Source of the DNA: Eledone cirrhosa
Taxonomy: Eukaryota
Assembly: GCA_964016885.1 (NCBI GenBank)
Contig: OZ024742.1
Span: 206,274,001-206,338,000, forward strand
Length of the DNA stretch: 64,000 nucleotides
Direction of reading: 5' to 3'
The position numbers and the translations under genes are program-made. This document shows, in pieces, positions 27,966 through 40,926 of this stretch (positions within the stretch are counted from its first letter, which is position 1; every line of letters begins with the position of its first letter). The notes beneath the pieces were generated by a model that did not search any database, had not been told where the DNA came from, and saw only the letters and a list, made by a program, of their open reading frames with translations.

Positions 27966-28264
27966 TGTGACTTACAAAGCATTTTGTCCAGCACTCTACT
28001 GATTCCATACCAAAGTTCATGGATAGCAAGTTCATGAGCTGGTGTAGTTTTGTGAGTATGGACAAAACATTTAACAGCACTTGGGTAAAATCTGAGGTCT
28101 GAGGATATTGTTGAGAGTTACTTAGCAGAAAGATATTATGCCCAATAAATTATCATATGTGATGGACCAAATGTGGTAGTTATGAATTTTCGAATAACTA
28201 AACTGGCCTCAAATTTCCATTTGAATGTTTTCTACTTCATAATTAAATTGGGGCATAGATCTTG

Positions 28265-28430
28265 CTGTGCTGTGTGAATAACAAATTGCTTTGCAACCTC
28301 ATGGTTTCATATTCACTCTCACAGTGTGGCTCTAAGGGCAATTGTCTTCTACCATAAACTTGGGTGGCTAATACCTTGTTTGTGAGTAAAATTTATTAGA
28401 TGAAAAACAAAACTGTGGAGACTTGTCAGA
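28265..28430 (+). mobile_element. tRNA-derived SINE family C
   Basis: TTGCTTTGCAAC..CATGGTT...TCTTCTAC.ATA...TAGATG block, shared with 35165-35300. Confidence 0.55.
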
Positions 28431-28945
28431 GGGGTGCAACTGTTCCTGTTCTTAGGTGGAAGACATAATTCATCTCATATTTTGTAGTTTCAATTCTTAA
28501 CTGGAATCACATCATTCACATTGCTAATAAATATTCTTTAAAAATGTTGTAAATGCTACAACTTCTTTCTCTATCAATATTAGGTTTTATTGATATGTAA
28601 GAAATCATTATCTATATGTATGAAAACAATAATATCATAACTATTACCACTACTATTGCCATCACCATCGTACTCATCATCAACTTTTCACATAATCTAA
28701 TTACATTATTTATTTGAAATAAACAAAGACTGGTGTTATCTATTTGGTAAGATTTATGAATTTAACAGTTCAAATGTCTAAAAATAAATTTTTATTTTTG
28801 GCCTTTGTCAACCACTAGAGAGGGCAAGAATGATTTTTCTTTTCTAATAGAAATTTAACCACAAATATTTATTCAATACATCATCTACTCAGTCATTAAA
28901 GCAGTTTTCCTCACTTATCAAGAGATTAAACTGAATGGAAATAAT

Positions 28946-29135
28946 AATTGTTTCTACTTTTGGCACAAGGCCAGCAATTACCCCAGTGCATTACTGCTGC
29001 TTTATTTTATCGACCCCGTAAGGATGAAAGGCAAAGCTAACCTCGGCAAGATTTGAACTCAAAACATAAAAGGCCATAACTCTATGCAGCAGAGCATGGT
29101 TTCCGGCCCTCTACCGATACTGCCAATCCACTGCT
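28946..29135 (-). mobile_element. SINE family A (short type) with 15-bp TSD
   Basis: TSD CTGAATGGAAATAAT at 28931-28945 and 29136-29150. Confidence 0.92.
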
Positions 29136-29599
29136 CTGAATGGAAATAATGATACTTACATGAAAGCAGACTACCAGTAGAGCTTTTCTTATATGGAAGT
29201 ACTATTAAGTGATAACATGATTTAGTTTGTTCTATACAAAGGGTTCACTCATTTTCTTTATCTTCAAATATTCTATTTTAAAATAAAATTAAAAAAAGAA
29301 CCCTTCCTGAGATAAAGCAAATATAATAACTATAGAAGTGGGAGAAAATAAAACACCCTCTTTCTTCTTGTCATTACAGTCTTTGCTGCTACCATTGCCA
29401 CTGCCATCATTATCATTGTTATCATCATTGTCATTGCAACTGCTGCTGCCACAACCACTACCAACCTTATCATCCTTATTACAAATACAATATATGCCCC
29501 TGAAGGAAGATAAATGTGATTTTAAATGTAAATGTGATGGGATGTGTCAAGAATTTTAGAGGGGAAAATGTAGTGATGGTAATAATAGTGAAGGCAACT

Positions 29600-31825
29600 C
29601 ATCTAGGAGAGTAGATGCTCCAAATAAAAACTGATATAGGGTGGAGAGGCCTCTTGAATTATAACCTCTCTAGTGCTGGTAGCATGAATAATGCACCCAG
29701 TCCATGCTGCAAAGTGATTAGTGACAGGAAAGGAATCCAGCTAGAAAAAAACCCTGCCAAAGTTATGGAAAGCACAATATATAAGATTCACACTAATTGC
29801 CTATACATGGCTAATACTAGTCATGTTAGTGCAGCACACAGTAGTGGCATGGCTAGAGTAGTCATGTTCAAGAACCCCCTGACCATCATACTACTCAGGG
29901 AACTAACCACTGCAAAGTTACATATTTCAGGATTGCCACTGTCAATGTTGGCGCCTGAAAAGTAAATCAAGTGAAAGAAGTGGATGTATGTTGTGTACAG
30001 GAAGTCAGATGGAGAGGTGCCTCAACAAGACTACTCATAGGCAAAGAACTTAGATACAAACTTTTCTGGTTAGGAAATGATGATAAGGTAGGTGGTGTAG
30101 CTAGTAGGTCGTCTACTAGCTGAGAAATGGATAGATACGGTGATAGAGGTAGTAAGAGTAACTGACAACATTATAAAGCCTAGAATAACTGTAGGAAATA
30201 GAATGATGACAATTACTTTTGCCTATGCACCACAGGCGGGACTGAGTAAAGAACTAAAGGACAGGTCCAATGAGGATCTTTTTCAGACAACTTCAGTTAC
30301 CAATGAAAAAGACATCATCATCTTAGTAGGAAATTTCAATGGACATGTTGATCAGTACCAACATAGATTCACTGTAGTTGACGGTAGCTATGTTTATGGC
30401 TCAAGAAATGATGAGGGAGTGAGGTTCCTGGAATTCTGTGAAATGAACTAACCATTTGCAACACAAACTTCAGGAAATTGACCAACTATCTAATCATAGA
30501 TTGAATCAGATAAATACACAAGCCAAATTGAATTGGAATGTTGTTGGGGAAAAATGTGTTAGAAATGATGCTGGTGCAATTAGTACCACTGATGCCCCCC
30601 AAAAAGAGGCCTAGAAATGTTGCAAAGAGCAATTGATGAATGTTGAGAATGAATGTGAGGAAGAGAAACTACCCACAGTTTACCCAAAGGAAGGACCAAC
30701 TACTGAATTTGACAGTTAAAGGATCAAAGAAGCAATCAAAGAGATGAAGAATGGTAAAGCATCAAGAGATGTAGGAGTTGAACTAGTAACTCATATAATC
30801 AATTAGGTAATACAGGGCAGAGTCATACCCAGCTGCTGGTGCAGCAGTACAATCATAAATTGCTACATGGGTAAAAGTGATGCTCTAGGAACGAGCAACT
30901 ACAGAGGAATAAAACTAATGGACCAAGTTATGAAAGTGATGGAAAGAGTTATAGCATAGCTAATTCAGGAAAGAGTCAAATTAGACAAGATGAAGTTCAG
31001 TTTCATGTCTTAGAAAAGTACTACAGATGCTCCCTGCTTAGTGAGGCAACTACAAGCGAAGTTCACAACCAAAAATAAGCTGCTATATCTAGCTTTTGTT
31101 GATCTAGAAAATGCCTTTGACAGAGTACCTCAATCTATTATCTGGTAGACCTTAAGGAAATTAGGTGTAGAAGAATGGCTTGTGAGAGTAGTATAATCCA
31201 TGTACAGAGGATCTGTCAGTAAAGTGAGAGTAGGAAGTGAGTTTAGTGAGGAATTCAAGATACAAGTAGGAGTTCATTACGGTTATATTTTTAGCCCATA
31301 TTTTTAGTTCATCATAGTTCTCCAGGCCATAAAGAAGAGTTTAAAACTGGCTGTTGATGGAAACGTCTCTATGAAGATGATCTGGTCCTTATAGCTGAAT
31401 CCATAAAAGAACTAGAGAATAAGTTCTGACTAATGAAACAGAATTTGGAATTAAAAGGTCTGAAACTAAACTTAGCCGAAACTAAAGTACTAGTGAGTAG
31501 GAAAGAAGATAGGACCTTGATTCTTTCAGGGAAGTGGTCCTATTCAATATGTAGAAAAAGAGTAGGCATAAACTCTATGTGATGTATACAATGTAAATCT
31601 TAAGTACACAAGAGATGTAGTGGGATATTAGGTAGACTAACAAGAAGGGAAGACTTTGTTTGTAAAAGATACACAGGGGTAGAACATCAGTGATATAAAC
31701 CTTTCTGAAGTGATGTGCAAGAGAGAAGATCACATTGTTACGGACATGTGATGCACATGGATGATGATCGCTGAGTAAAGAAATGTCAGAAAATCCCAGT
31801 GGAAGTTACAGTAGACATAGACCAA
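29600..31825 (+). mobile_element. Second RTE LINE copy, more decayed, with 5' UTR and internal deletions
   Basis: Parallels 25590-27965 (CVQEVRWRGAS, YAPQAGL, GNFNGHV, NYRGIKLMDQ, YEDDLVL) and extends through the Cys/His finger to the HVMHM C-terminal motif. Confidence 0.9.
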
Positions 31826-33780
31826 GGTTTGGATTTACCTGAGGCTATGGTAAAAACAACTGCCCAATATGTTGCACAGTGGTAACTGGTAAATCATTTT
31901 ATTGGATCCAGAAAATTGAAAGTAAAGTTAACACTGACAGAATATGAACTTTAAAATGTTGCTTTCTGCTATCTTGGATTTCTCCACCATCATGCAAATA
32001 TCGATTTCTTTTGAATTAGTATGAGTCCATATTTTCTTGATGGAATTCACTCAATATATTACTGGTACTTATTTGATCAAGCCTGGAGAGCTGAAGATCA
32101 AATTTATCTCATATGAGATTTGAAATCTTACATCTTATTGTTTATCCCCAGGTCAACCCTGATCAAACAGACCTACAGTCAAAGATATTCCAGCCATCAT
32201 CATTTCATTTCCACCATGTGCAGGGATCTCAGGACCACAGTATTCTTTTTTAAGAGGTCAGAGTGTGATTTGATGGAGAATTGATTGTTATTTCTAGCAA
32301 GTAATGTTACCACATAGAGGCTCCCTCATTGGCTCATGGTGGTGGTGAATTTCCATGAGATGAATAATACCGATAAAAGTTTGTGCAAGAATGAAAATGG
32401 GAAATTTCTTTACCAAAAGAACAACTGTTTCTTCTGTAGTTCTTATTCGCCTCATACATTGAGAGACTTTTCTGATGTAATATATTATATGAGGGTTGAC
32501 TCAATGCTGAGTCATCTGTAGATTCAGTTTGGTTGCAGTGCCAACTATATATTCGATGCTATGCTGGAAACACCAAGAATCAGTAATCAGATTCCAATAC
32601 AATTGACATTCTTTCTCAGTTACATATAATTAGTTTTATTCGAGGAACTTATTGAATTAAGGAAAATACGCGGGAACATTGCTTAATTAAATAAATTGAT
32701 AAATGTTAGCGGGTCAATAGAATTGGAATGAAAATTCTCCAGCTCGATGCCATTTTGATGTTGAGTAATGAAGGTAAAATGAAATTATTATATAAAAATA
32801 AAAAATATCAAGAAAAAAGTATGCTTTATAACTAGAAATTATTGATAAAGATAAGCTTTAACATAGTTTTTTTTAAAATATATTTTGAGAAATATCTTTA
32901 AAATGTTTATTGATTTCAGATAATTAACCCAAAGGAAAGAAATAAGTGTGAACTTTTGTTGGAAGAAAAAAGAAAACTAGTAATTGTAGAACTACACCAA
33001 TAGGTTGAAACAAAAAAGAAAAAATGTTTTTAAGGCACACATTCCTTTGTTTTATCTTTGTTTGTACATTAACTGTTGAAAACTTTGTTCTATGATAATA
33101 GTAGTTAAAATATCTGATTTTTGTGTGGCGAAGAGGTGGGTACATAACAAAATTCTTTTCTATTTTCTTTATTCTATTTCCATTCTTGTGAAAGCTTTTG
33201 GAGCATGCCCTGTTTTTTAAAAATTCGATGCTCTTTTTTCTACCAATGACATTGTTATGGATAATATTTTACTACTAGAAATTATAGTATTCATATCATA
33301 CACATACATGGGTATCAACAATATTATCATAAATTATCTAACCCTTTTGATATCAATCCACCCCAAGCTCTAATAAATAAAATCCATTTTAAAGGGTTCC
33401 ATAAAACCTTCCAACATAATTTGATATGAGACCCTTTTGTTATGCTACAAATAATATCTTAAAAATGAAATAAATACTAATTTCAATAAATTCTTCCAAA
33501 TTCTTAATTAACTAATCCAAGTACAACGTATTTCATTAAAAATATAGTAAAAAAAGAGTTAATTGGAAATTGAAACTAAATTGGTAGCTGATCTCACTAA
33601 TCAATTTATTTCCAAGGAAATTATCACACTTCATTTGTTTATCATAATCATCATCATCATCATTTAACATCTATTTTTCCATGCTTGCATGGAAAAGCAT
33701 AAAAGTGACATCTTTCAATACTCTTTTTTCTAAAAGTGTTAAGTTTCATATCTCTGTAAGAAACCATTATTATTTTTGCT

Positions 33781-33915
33781 GTTACGGCCCTTGCCATTCT
33801 GAGTTCAAATCCCGCTGAGGTTAACTTTGCCTTTCATCCTTACGGGGTCGATAAAACAAAGTACCAGTAATGTACTGGGTAATTGCTGGCTTTGTGCGAA
33901 TAGTAGAAACAATTA
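33781..33915 (+). mobile_element. SINE family A (short type), 5' truncated
   Basis: B-box and core are present. It is flanked by the ATTATTATTTTTGCTGTTA direct repeat. Confidence 0.88.
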
Positions 33916-33944
33916 TTATTTTTGCTGTTAGTGTATTCAGTGAA

Positions 33945-34260
33945 AGTGCATGGTTTAGTGATTAGGGTGTTGGGCTCAGGATTGTAAGGTTGCAAGTTTG
34001 ATTCCTTGGTTGGGCAGTGCATTGTGTACTTGAGCAAAACACTTCATTTCTCTTCGCTACAGTTCATTCAGCTAGTGGGGTGTGATGACATTGGAGAAGC
34101 CAAGCTGTATTAACCTTTGCCTTTTTTTTGGAGAACATTAGTGTCATGGAGAATGGAGACTAACATGCATGGGTTAGAGCTGGTCTTCCACAAAAATACC
34201 TTGCCTAGGCATGTGCTCTGGAAAATTCAGGTTCAAACTTATAGTCAGTCACGACTGGAG
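33945..34260 (+). mobile_element. SINE family B
   Basis: tRNA-like head followed by the CTTGAGCAAAACACTTCATTTC core. It is homologous to 18780-19075. Confidence 0.7.
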
Positions 34261-34327
34261 CCCCACCTCATGCCCTAAAGATTTCCGTGGGGAGGAACAT
34301 TTTAATGAGTCTATAGACTTATAAATC

Positions 34328-34518
34328 GATGGATTGGCAGTATCGGTAGAGGGTCAGACGCCAAACTTTGATGCATAGAGTTACGGCCCTTGCCATTCTG
34401 AGTTCAAATCCCGCCGAGGTTAACTTTGCCTTTCATCCTTATGGGGTCGATAAAATAAAGTACCAGTAATACACTGGGTAATTGCTGGCCTTGTGCCAAA
34501 AGTAAAAACAATTATTAT
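34328..34518 (+). mobile_element. SINE family A (short type)
   Basis: GGATTGGCAGTATCGGTAG head, GAGTTCAAATCCCGCC B-box, core and tail. Confidence 0.9.
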
Positions 34519-34619
34519 CAGGTACAATGAAGATGTTTAACTACTAGCATGCTGATTCTTAGGAATTTATAATTTGGTGCAGAATATTGCATTCTCCTTG
34601 AAAAAAGTTGACTTAGCTC

Positions 34620-35070
34620 TGTTTTACTTCTGTCAAGTCAGCTGCCGCCTGGTGTAGTCTGCAACTAACCCAGGCTCTGTTGCATTTTGAACCAAGGAGG
34701 TTAAACTCTCCAAATATCAGTTGCTCTCTGACAGGTTTGTAGTTGAGCAGTGGAGACTTCTAGTGTCTTGGTCCTTGGGCCACCTTCCTACTCACCATTG
34801 ACACAGAGTTGGCTACCTGCAGGTGTGAGCCTCGCAAGCTGGAATGGCTCTTTCAATGCTTCTCCCTCACCAACCTCCATGGAAATGCCTTCTCTATTCT
34901 GTCCACTGGAGTAGGAGGGCAGCCAGTGTGTGGGCCCTCATTTGCTCATAATAGTGAGAGATGGGGAGATCAGGAGAGATGGATGCAGTGACAGTGGGAG
35001 TTTGGTTCCTTTGTGTTCGGACCTGGTGTATATGTTTATTTACTACACCACATGTTACATACATTACATA
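34620..35070 (+). mobile_element. CRE-like element 3' fragment, same family as 5740-6190
   Basis: ETSSVLGP...CRCEPRKLEWLFQCFSLTNLHGNAFSIL and a shared 3' UTR. Confidence 0.72.
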
Positions 35071-35324
35071 TGAATATACTAAGGTTGATATTAACATTCA
35101 TCAGTGTTATAAGGTCAATCTAAAATATCATTATAAAACAACAACAACAACATTAATAATTTCTTACATAGTGGTAAAGGAGTTTGCTTTGCAACTACAT
35201 GGTTTTGGTTTCAGTCCCATTACATTGAACAAATCTCTTCTACTATAGCCTCAGATTGACCAAAGACTTCTGATTGAGATTTGGTAGATGGTGTGTCCAT
35301 GCCTGTTTTATATATACTACAGTC

Positions 35325-35800
35325 AGTAGGCTCCCAAACATATATACATCCAAACCAAACATACATCCAAACCTACTACCCCTACTCCACCCTTCCCCTC
35401 CTGCCAACACCACCCTTTCTCTATAAAGTTATGCTGGTACCACAACATCCAGTCCAAACTAATGAGGTCGTGTAGGTGTCATGACAAAAAAGGGAAAAAG
35501 AAAGAAAGAAAAAAAAAGAAGGAAAAAGAGAAAAAAAAAGAAAGAGAAAGAGAAAAAGAAGGAAGAGAAAAAAAACGCAGTCCACGCTGTAATATGGTTA
35601 TGTAGGTAACACAGTAAAAAGCTTCCAGTCCACACTGTAAATGTGGTTGGTGTTAGGAAGGGCATCCAACTGTAGAAAACCTGCCAGATAGTCCTATACG
35701 AGCGAAACACGCTCACCCGACCAATCTTACCTCAAATGGGACAATTCCCGTCTAACCCATGCCAACGTGGAAGATAGACATTAAATGATGATCATGACGA
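35325..35800 (+). mobile_element. RTE-family 3' UTR-only copy with an A/G-rich expansion
   Basis: Colinear with 22280-22680. The poly-A at 35487-35575 has expanded into an AAAG-rich tract. Confidence 0.85.
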
Positions 35801-35824
35801 TGTTTGTTTATATCACTAAAGTGA

Positions 35825-35990
35825 AGGCGCATGACTTAGTGGTTAGAGCATTAGGCTTGCAATCGAAAGGTTGTGAGTTCGATTCTCGGACTGGGTGATG
35901 TGTTGTGTCCTTGAACAAGACACTTTATTTCATGTTGCTCCAGTTTACTCAGCTGTAGAAATGAGTTGTGATCCTGCGAAATCAATGGGT
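35825..35990 (+). mobile_element. SINE family B 5' part
   Basis: GGCGCATGACTTAGTGGTTAG A-box, GAGTTCGATTC B-box and CAAGACACTTTATTTCATG core. Confidence 0.8.
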
Positions 35991-36949
35991 GGCAGTAGTT
36001 ACAGCTGCACGCATCGAAAAACTGGTGTAGTGGTTCTGAGAACAATGTGGCTTTGCAGATGATTAATAGAAATTGACAATAGAAAGGAACTCTCGCTTGA
36101 GTTAGAAGAGAACAATTGACCTTCAGGGGAAGCAGTGACCCCTGATTGTATTCAGCAACCGAAACAAATATGAAGTAGACCAAATCCAATTCTCCTAGGG
36201 GCGACCCTGGTTCTTCTTATTTGTGAGTGTAAACTTGGCCAGATTAGATTAGATTGTTTATATCTCATAATGTAGCTCTTTGACAAAATGAAATCAATAA
36301 AATATGTACCAGGCTTGAAAAATTAAGTATTGGGATTGATATGACTAACTAAACTCCTTGAAAGTGGTGCCCTAGCATGACTGCAGTTTAATGACCATTA
36401 AAAAAATAAAAGAATAGTCACTAGGACATATTTTGAGGGAGGGCTTAGTTGATTAAATCAATCTCAGTGCTGGGCTGGTACTTTATTTTATTGACACCAG
36501 AAGAATGAAAAGTAAGGTGGACTCCAACTTAGAATGGAAACTACCAGAACAAATACTTCAAGACATTTTGTTAATCCACCATATTTTTCGATAATAATAA
36601 TTTCTAATTTTGATACAAGGCCAGAAATTTTGGGTTGAGTACTTTATTTTATGAACCCCAGAATGATTAAAGGTAAGATTTCAAATCAGAACATAAAGGG
36701 CTGTAATGCATTTTGTTTGATGCTCTGATGATTCTGTCAATTCACCATTTTCTCTTTATAACAATAATAAAAACATACCAACATTTGAGTTTCCTCTGTC
36801 AAAAAAAATTTTCTAAAAAAATAATAAATGCCACATCAGAGATATTGAGGCCACTGAGAGGAACACTGGTAATTTACATATCAAAGAAACCCTTCTTATC
36901 AATAACTATAAACCTATTATTAATAACACATCTGAATTACATGGGGCTC

Positions 36950-37420
36950 AACTGGCTGGTATAGTCAGCCTGTGCAAGTCACACTTCAAATCCGGCCAAG
37001 GTTGGCTTTGCCTTTCATCCTTACGGAGTCGATAAAATAAAGCACCAGTAATGCACTGGAGACGATTTAATCGACTTTCCCCTCCCCTTCAAATTGCTGG
37101 CCTTGTACTTAAAGTATAAATAATTATATTTCTTATTCACATTTATTGACTTTCCCAAAACATTCTTAATTACATGCCTGACAATGCTTCATATAATCAG
37201 TAATGATTGTTTCACATTTTAGCACAAGACCAGCAATTTTGGGAGAAGGAAAAGTTGATTACATCAACCCCAAGACATGACTGGTATTTTCTTTTATCGA
37301 CTTTGAAATGATGAAAGGCAAAGTTGACCTCCACAAGATTTGAATTTAGAATGTAAAGGGCAATAACTAAATACCTCAAAGCATTTTGACCGATGATCTA
37401 ATAATTCTGCCAATCGACCT
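36950..37420. mobile_element. Two SINE family A (long type) copies in opposite orientation
   Basis: A + copy at 36950-37125 and a - copy at 37205-37420. Confidence 0.75.
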
Positions 37421-37879
37421 TTATAACAAGGCCAAATATTTTTGGGAAAGATATGGTTCATTTCATCAACCATTTTTTTTTCTTCATTCACTAGAATAGA
37501 ACTGTCCATCCTAAATACTTTCCTACTTTCATAGTTGATAATAATCTAAAAAGGAGAAGAAGAATCCCTCCTTTGATACTAAATTCAGTACACAGACAGC
37601 TATCAGAAATAGAAACAAGATGAAGTTAATAACGCCTCAGGGGATCATGAGAGCGTCCACATCTCCAAGCTGATATTCTAAATCTTCTACACATATTTGA
37701 TATTCCAAGGGCTTCAAAACTATGCTCTCTCTTTCTTTCTTCTCCTATTTCACCTACAGTCACACAGCACATCCTGTTTAGTTTAACGGAACCTTCAAAT
37801 CACAGTCCTTATCTCTATTATTTTGGTTTCTTCATCATCCTCATGTGCTGCAGAATCTTTATCCTTTCAACAAAATACC

Positions 37880-38110
37880 TGCAGCAGCAACAACAGCAGC
37901 AGTAGCAGCAACAGCAACAAAGCAACAGCAACAACAACATCACCACCATCACCCCCACCACCACCACCAAAAACAATAACACCACCACTTCAATCAACAC
38001 TGACATCAATAACACAACCACCACCACTACCGCCACAACCACCACTACCTCCAACAACAACAACAATAACACCACCACCACCAACAACAACAGTAACACT
38101 ACCATCACTA
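37880..38110. repeat. Compound (CAG/CAA/CAC)n triplet low-complexity tract
   Basis: Direct reading of the sequence. Confidence 0.9.
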
Positions 38111-40403
38111 TTGTCACAAGCAGAAAAACAACCCTATGGGTGGTTTTCTGCTACCGTATGTAGTGTGCATATTGGTATTATACGCAAATATATATGCATA
38201 TATATATAAGTATGTATACATACATACATATATGTATACAGTAGTATATATATATATATACATGCACACATATATATATGTATGTATGGATTTACCGAAC
38301 ATTTATTATAATGCTTGGTTTGTTTGTATGTAAACAAACATCCCGAATTAAGCCATACAGTGTTTAGCAACCATCGTTGCCCTTTTGTTCAACACTGACA
38401 AAGGAACGATGTACTAGTTTCAAGCTTATTAGCTATCGTCAGCATCGTCAGCACCTTCCTGCCAGATGATTGAATGTCTGAAAGTATATACTTTCCTTAT
38501 CCATATTAATAGCTGAGCAGCCTAATTTGCATATCAAGTGAGTTAATCGGCCGGGCGCACCGAAAACGATAAATGGAAAAACTGAAACGAAATTTCATTT
38601 CTCACTCTTAGTACGGCTGTTACTTAAATATAAGTATGTATACGTACATACATATATGTATACAGACGTAAGTAGTATGTATATATATACATACATGCAC
38701 CCATATGCATGCAGAAAGTAAGAAAGAGAGAGAGGGAGAGAAAAAGGGTGGGCTGAGTAAATAATTAATGGTTAGTTTCAAAGAAATACTAGCCTAAAAA
38801 GAAAGCAATAGAATTCTATAGAGTAAAATAACATTAAAAATAAACATAGAAAAGAAAAAAGTCAGTTATATAGAGAATGAGAAAGAGAAAAAGAGAGGAT
38901 GTTACAATAAGAGCTCAATAGATAAAACCACATTGTTTCTGCTTTCTTCAATAACAGAAGAAAAGATGGTGGCTTTATAGCATAACATTTAGCTTCACGG
39001 AAACACATTTCTCATATTCTCTTTGCCCAACAGGTTAATTGTTCCATTGAATTTGAATACAATATTTTCTTTCACTGCTGTCAAGTAATTATTGAAACCA
39101 ATTTTATAGACTGCTTTTACCAGGAATTCTCTACATGGAAAATATGAATTTCTGTTGTGCTCTCATTGACAGAATTAATGGAGTTTCTTTGTGAGGAAAT
39201 TGAAACTAAATAGAGGAAAATCATTCTGATAGAAGAGAACTAGAATCATTTTAGTGTTCCCCATATAAATTGTTTCTAAAATTTGAAGAGATTTTAGCTC
39301 CTGATGGCAGATATTTTAATGTCATTGTAGACTTGTTGGTAAGAGGCTGGAAAAGTGAGATGTTAGTGAAACAGTTGTTCTGTAGAAGTGGATGTCATTT
39401 AAGTTCTACTCAACAGCTGAGTTTGTATTATTTTTGCAGGATTCAAGGTCTATTTATGTGGTGGAGGAAAGAAAAAATAACCTATTAACTTTATCTAATT
39501 AATAAGGTTAAAGCCAAAAGCTTGTCCCTATCATAAGGTCAACATCATTTGTTATTAAGGCTAAAAGAAATTATAGTTTTTGTTATGATTTATTTGTCAA
39601 ATGGTTAAAAGAAAAATAAATAAATAATATATAGAATGATTTCCGTTTTCACCATTTTATCAACTCTTCTTTTGTGAGACAGAGCTGAATTTGTGAAAAA
39701 TATGATAAATAAAGCTATCCTCCTATTTCTGTCCAATACATTTCCATAGGAATGGGTTTGTCTTTTTTTTTTAACCCTTAAGTATTCACAGTATTCTATA
39801 TATACTATTATATTTTCATGGTAAAAGATTTTATATAATTAGAACACTGTGTTGAAGAAGTAAAAGTATAAATATAACAATAACCTAATTCTTTCTTTCC
39901 AATGACACACATAAAGACAAAATCGTTGTAAAATAAATTAGGGATTTTTTTCTTTTCTAATTTTTTGTCATCAACACTTTAAAGAAGTAGTCTATGGAGA
40001 ATACATAGTAGTAAGAAAACTTCAGTGACGCAAAGATGTGTAATTTGATTGATTACTTTCATATCGGGGTGTTTTCATACAGATTTGAAAAAGCGATTTC
40101 TATCTGCACTAGAAAATGAAGATTGAGATTTAAAAAATAAGAAAGATGAGGATCAAGTAAATAAGTTGTTTTTCACAACTTCTATATTAAATTCGACTCT
40201 TGGTCTTGAGTATCTACAATTTCAACAGCTCTTGATAGACCTTTATTTCAATTTAATTTTGTTAACATTGTGAAGGTGTTTTATTGCAAATTTAAGATTT
40301 TGTTATAAAAACTGTTGAGAAAAAAAAAATGCTTTTAGCTAGATGTCCTTCCTACAAGATAATCAATAAAATTTCACTATGCTGTATGAAACAAGCAAAA
40401 TAA

Positions 40404-40926
40404 TATATTTGGCATGGCAATAAAGTCTTTAGAATAACCCTTTAAATGAAAATGCACAACATATTGAAACTAAAATTTATTTATTCTGCAAACTATAATC
40501 TCCATTGAATGAAACATCTTTACAGTGCTAATGCAAAGCATTTAACTCTTTCTGGAACCGTTCCTTTGGCAATTGTCAAAACTAGTGCAATGATTCATCT
40601 ATCACCTTTTCTAATGAAGTGAAAACAAATTTTCAAAGATGTCACTTTAATAACATGTGCAATGCAACACAATGATTGTTTTGGTTCTGCATCAATGATA
40701 CTTTGAATGAGTTGAAAGTTGCCATGAATAGTGGTTATGCAAGGATGGCTAGAATGAGGAGCATCAATAAGTGATGATCTACTGCCATCTTTGAATTGTT
40801 TCACCAAATGATAAATGGTTGAATTTGCTGGAACGTTGTTAGTTCCACTCTTCTTCAATTGTGCAATAATATTTGTTGCTGATTTGCCTCATTTCCATTC
40901 AAGACTTTATTGCCATGCCTCATGTA
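40404..40926 (-). mobile_element. Internally deleted mariner-like DNA transposon
   Basis: TIRs GGCATGGCAATAAAGTCTT (40411) and AAGACTTTATTGCCATGCC (40901). The minus-strand ORF TIYHLVKQFKDGSRSSLIDAPHSSHP...IDAEPKQSLCCIA resembles the mariner HTH (FK.G..SL.D.PRSGRP). Confidence 0.8.

Noticed and set aside
36123-36145. Iron-responsive element (CAGTGA in hairpin TCAGGGG...CCCCTGA)
   Set aside because: The five bases flanking CAGTGA do not form the upper stem, and there is no bulged C at the required position.
37818-38209. Pro/Thr-rich ORF resembling a formin or extensin
   Set aside because: It is a compound CAA/CAC triplet tract that runs into a repeat end, with no splice or domain support.
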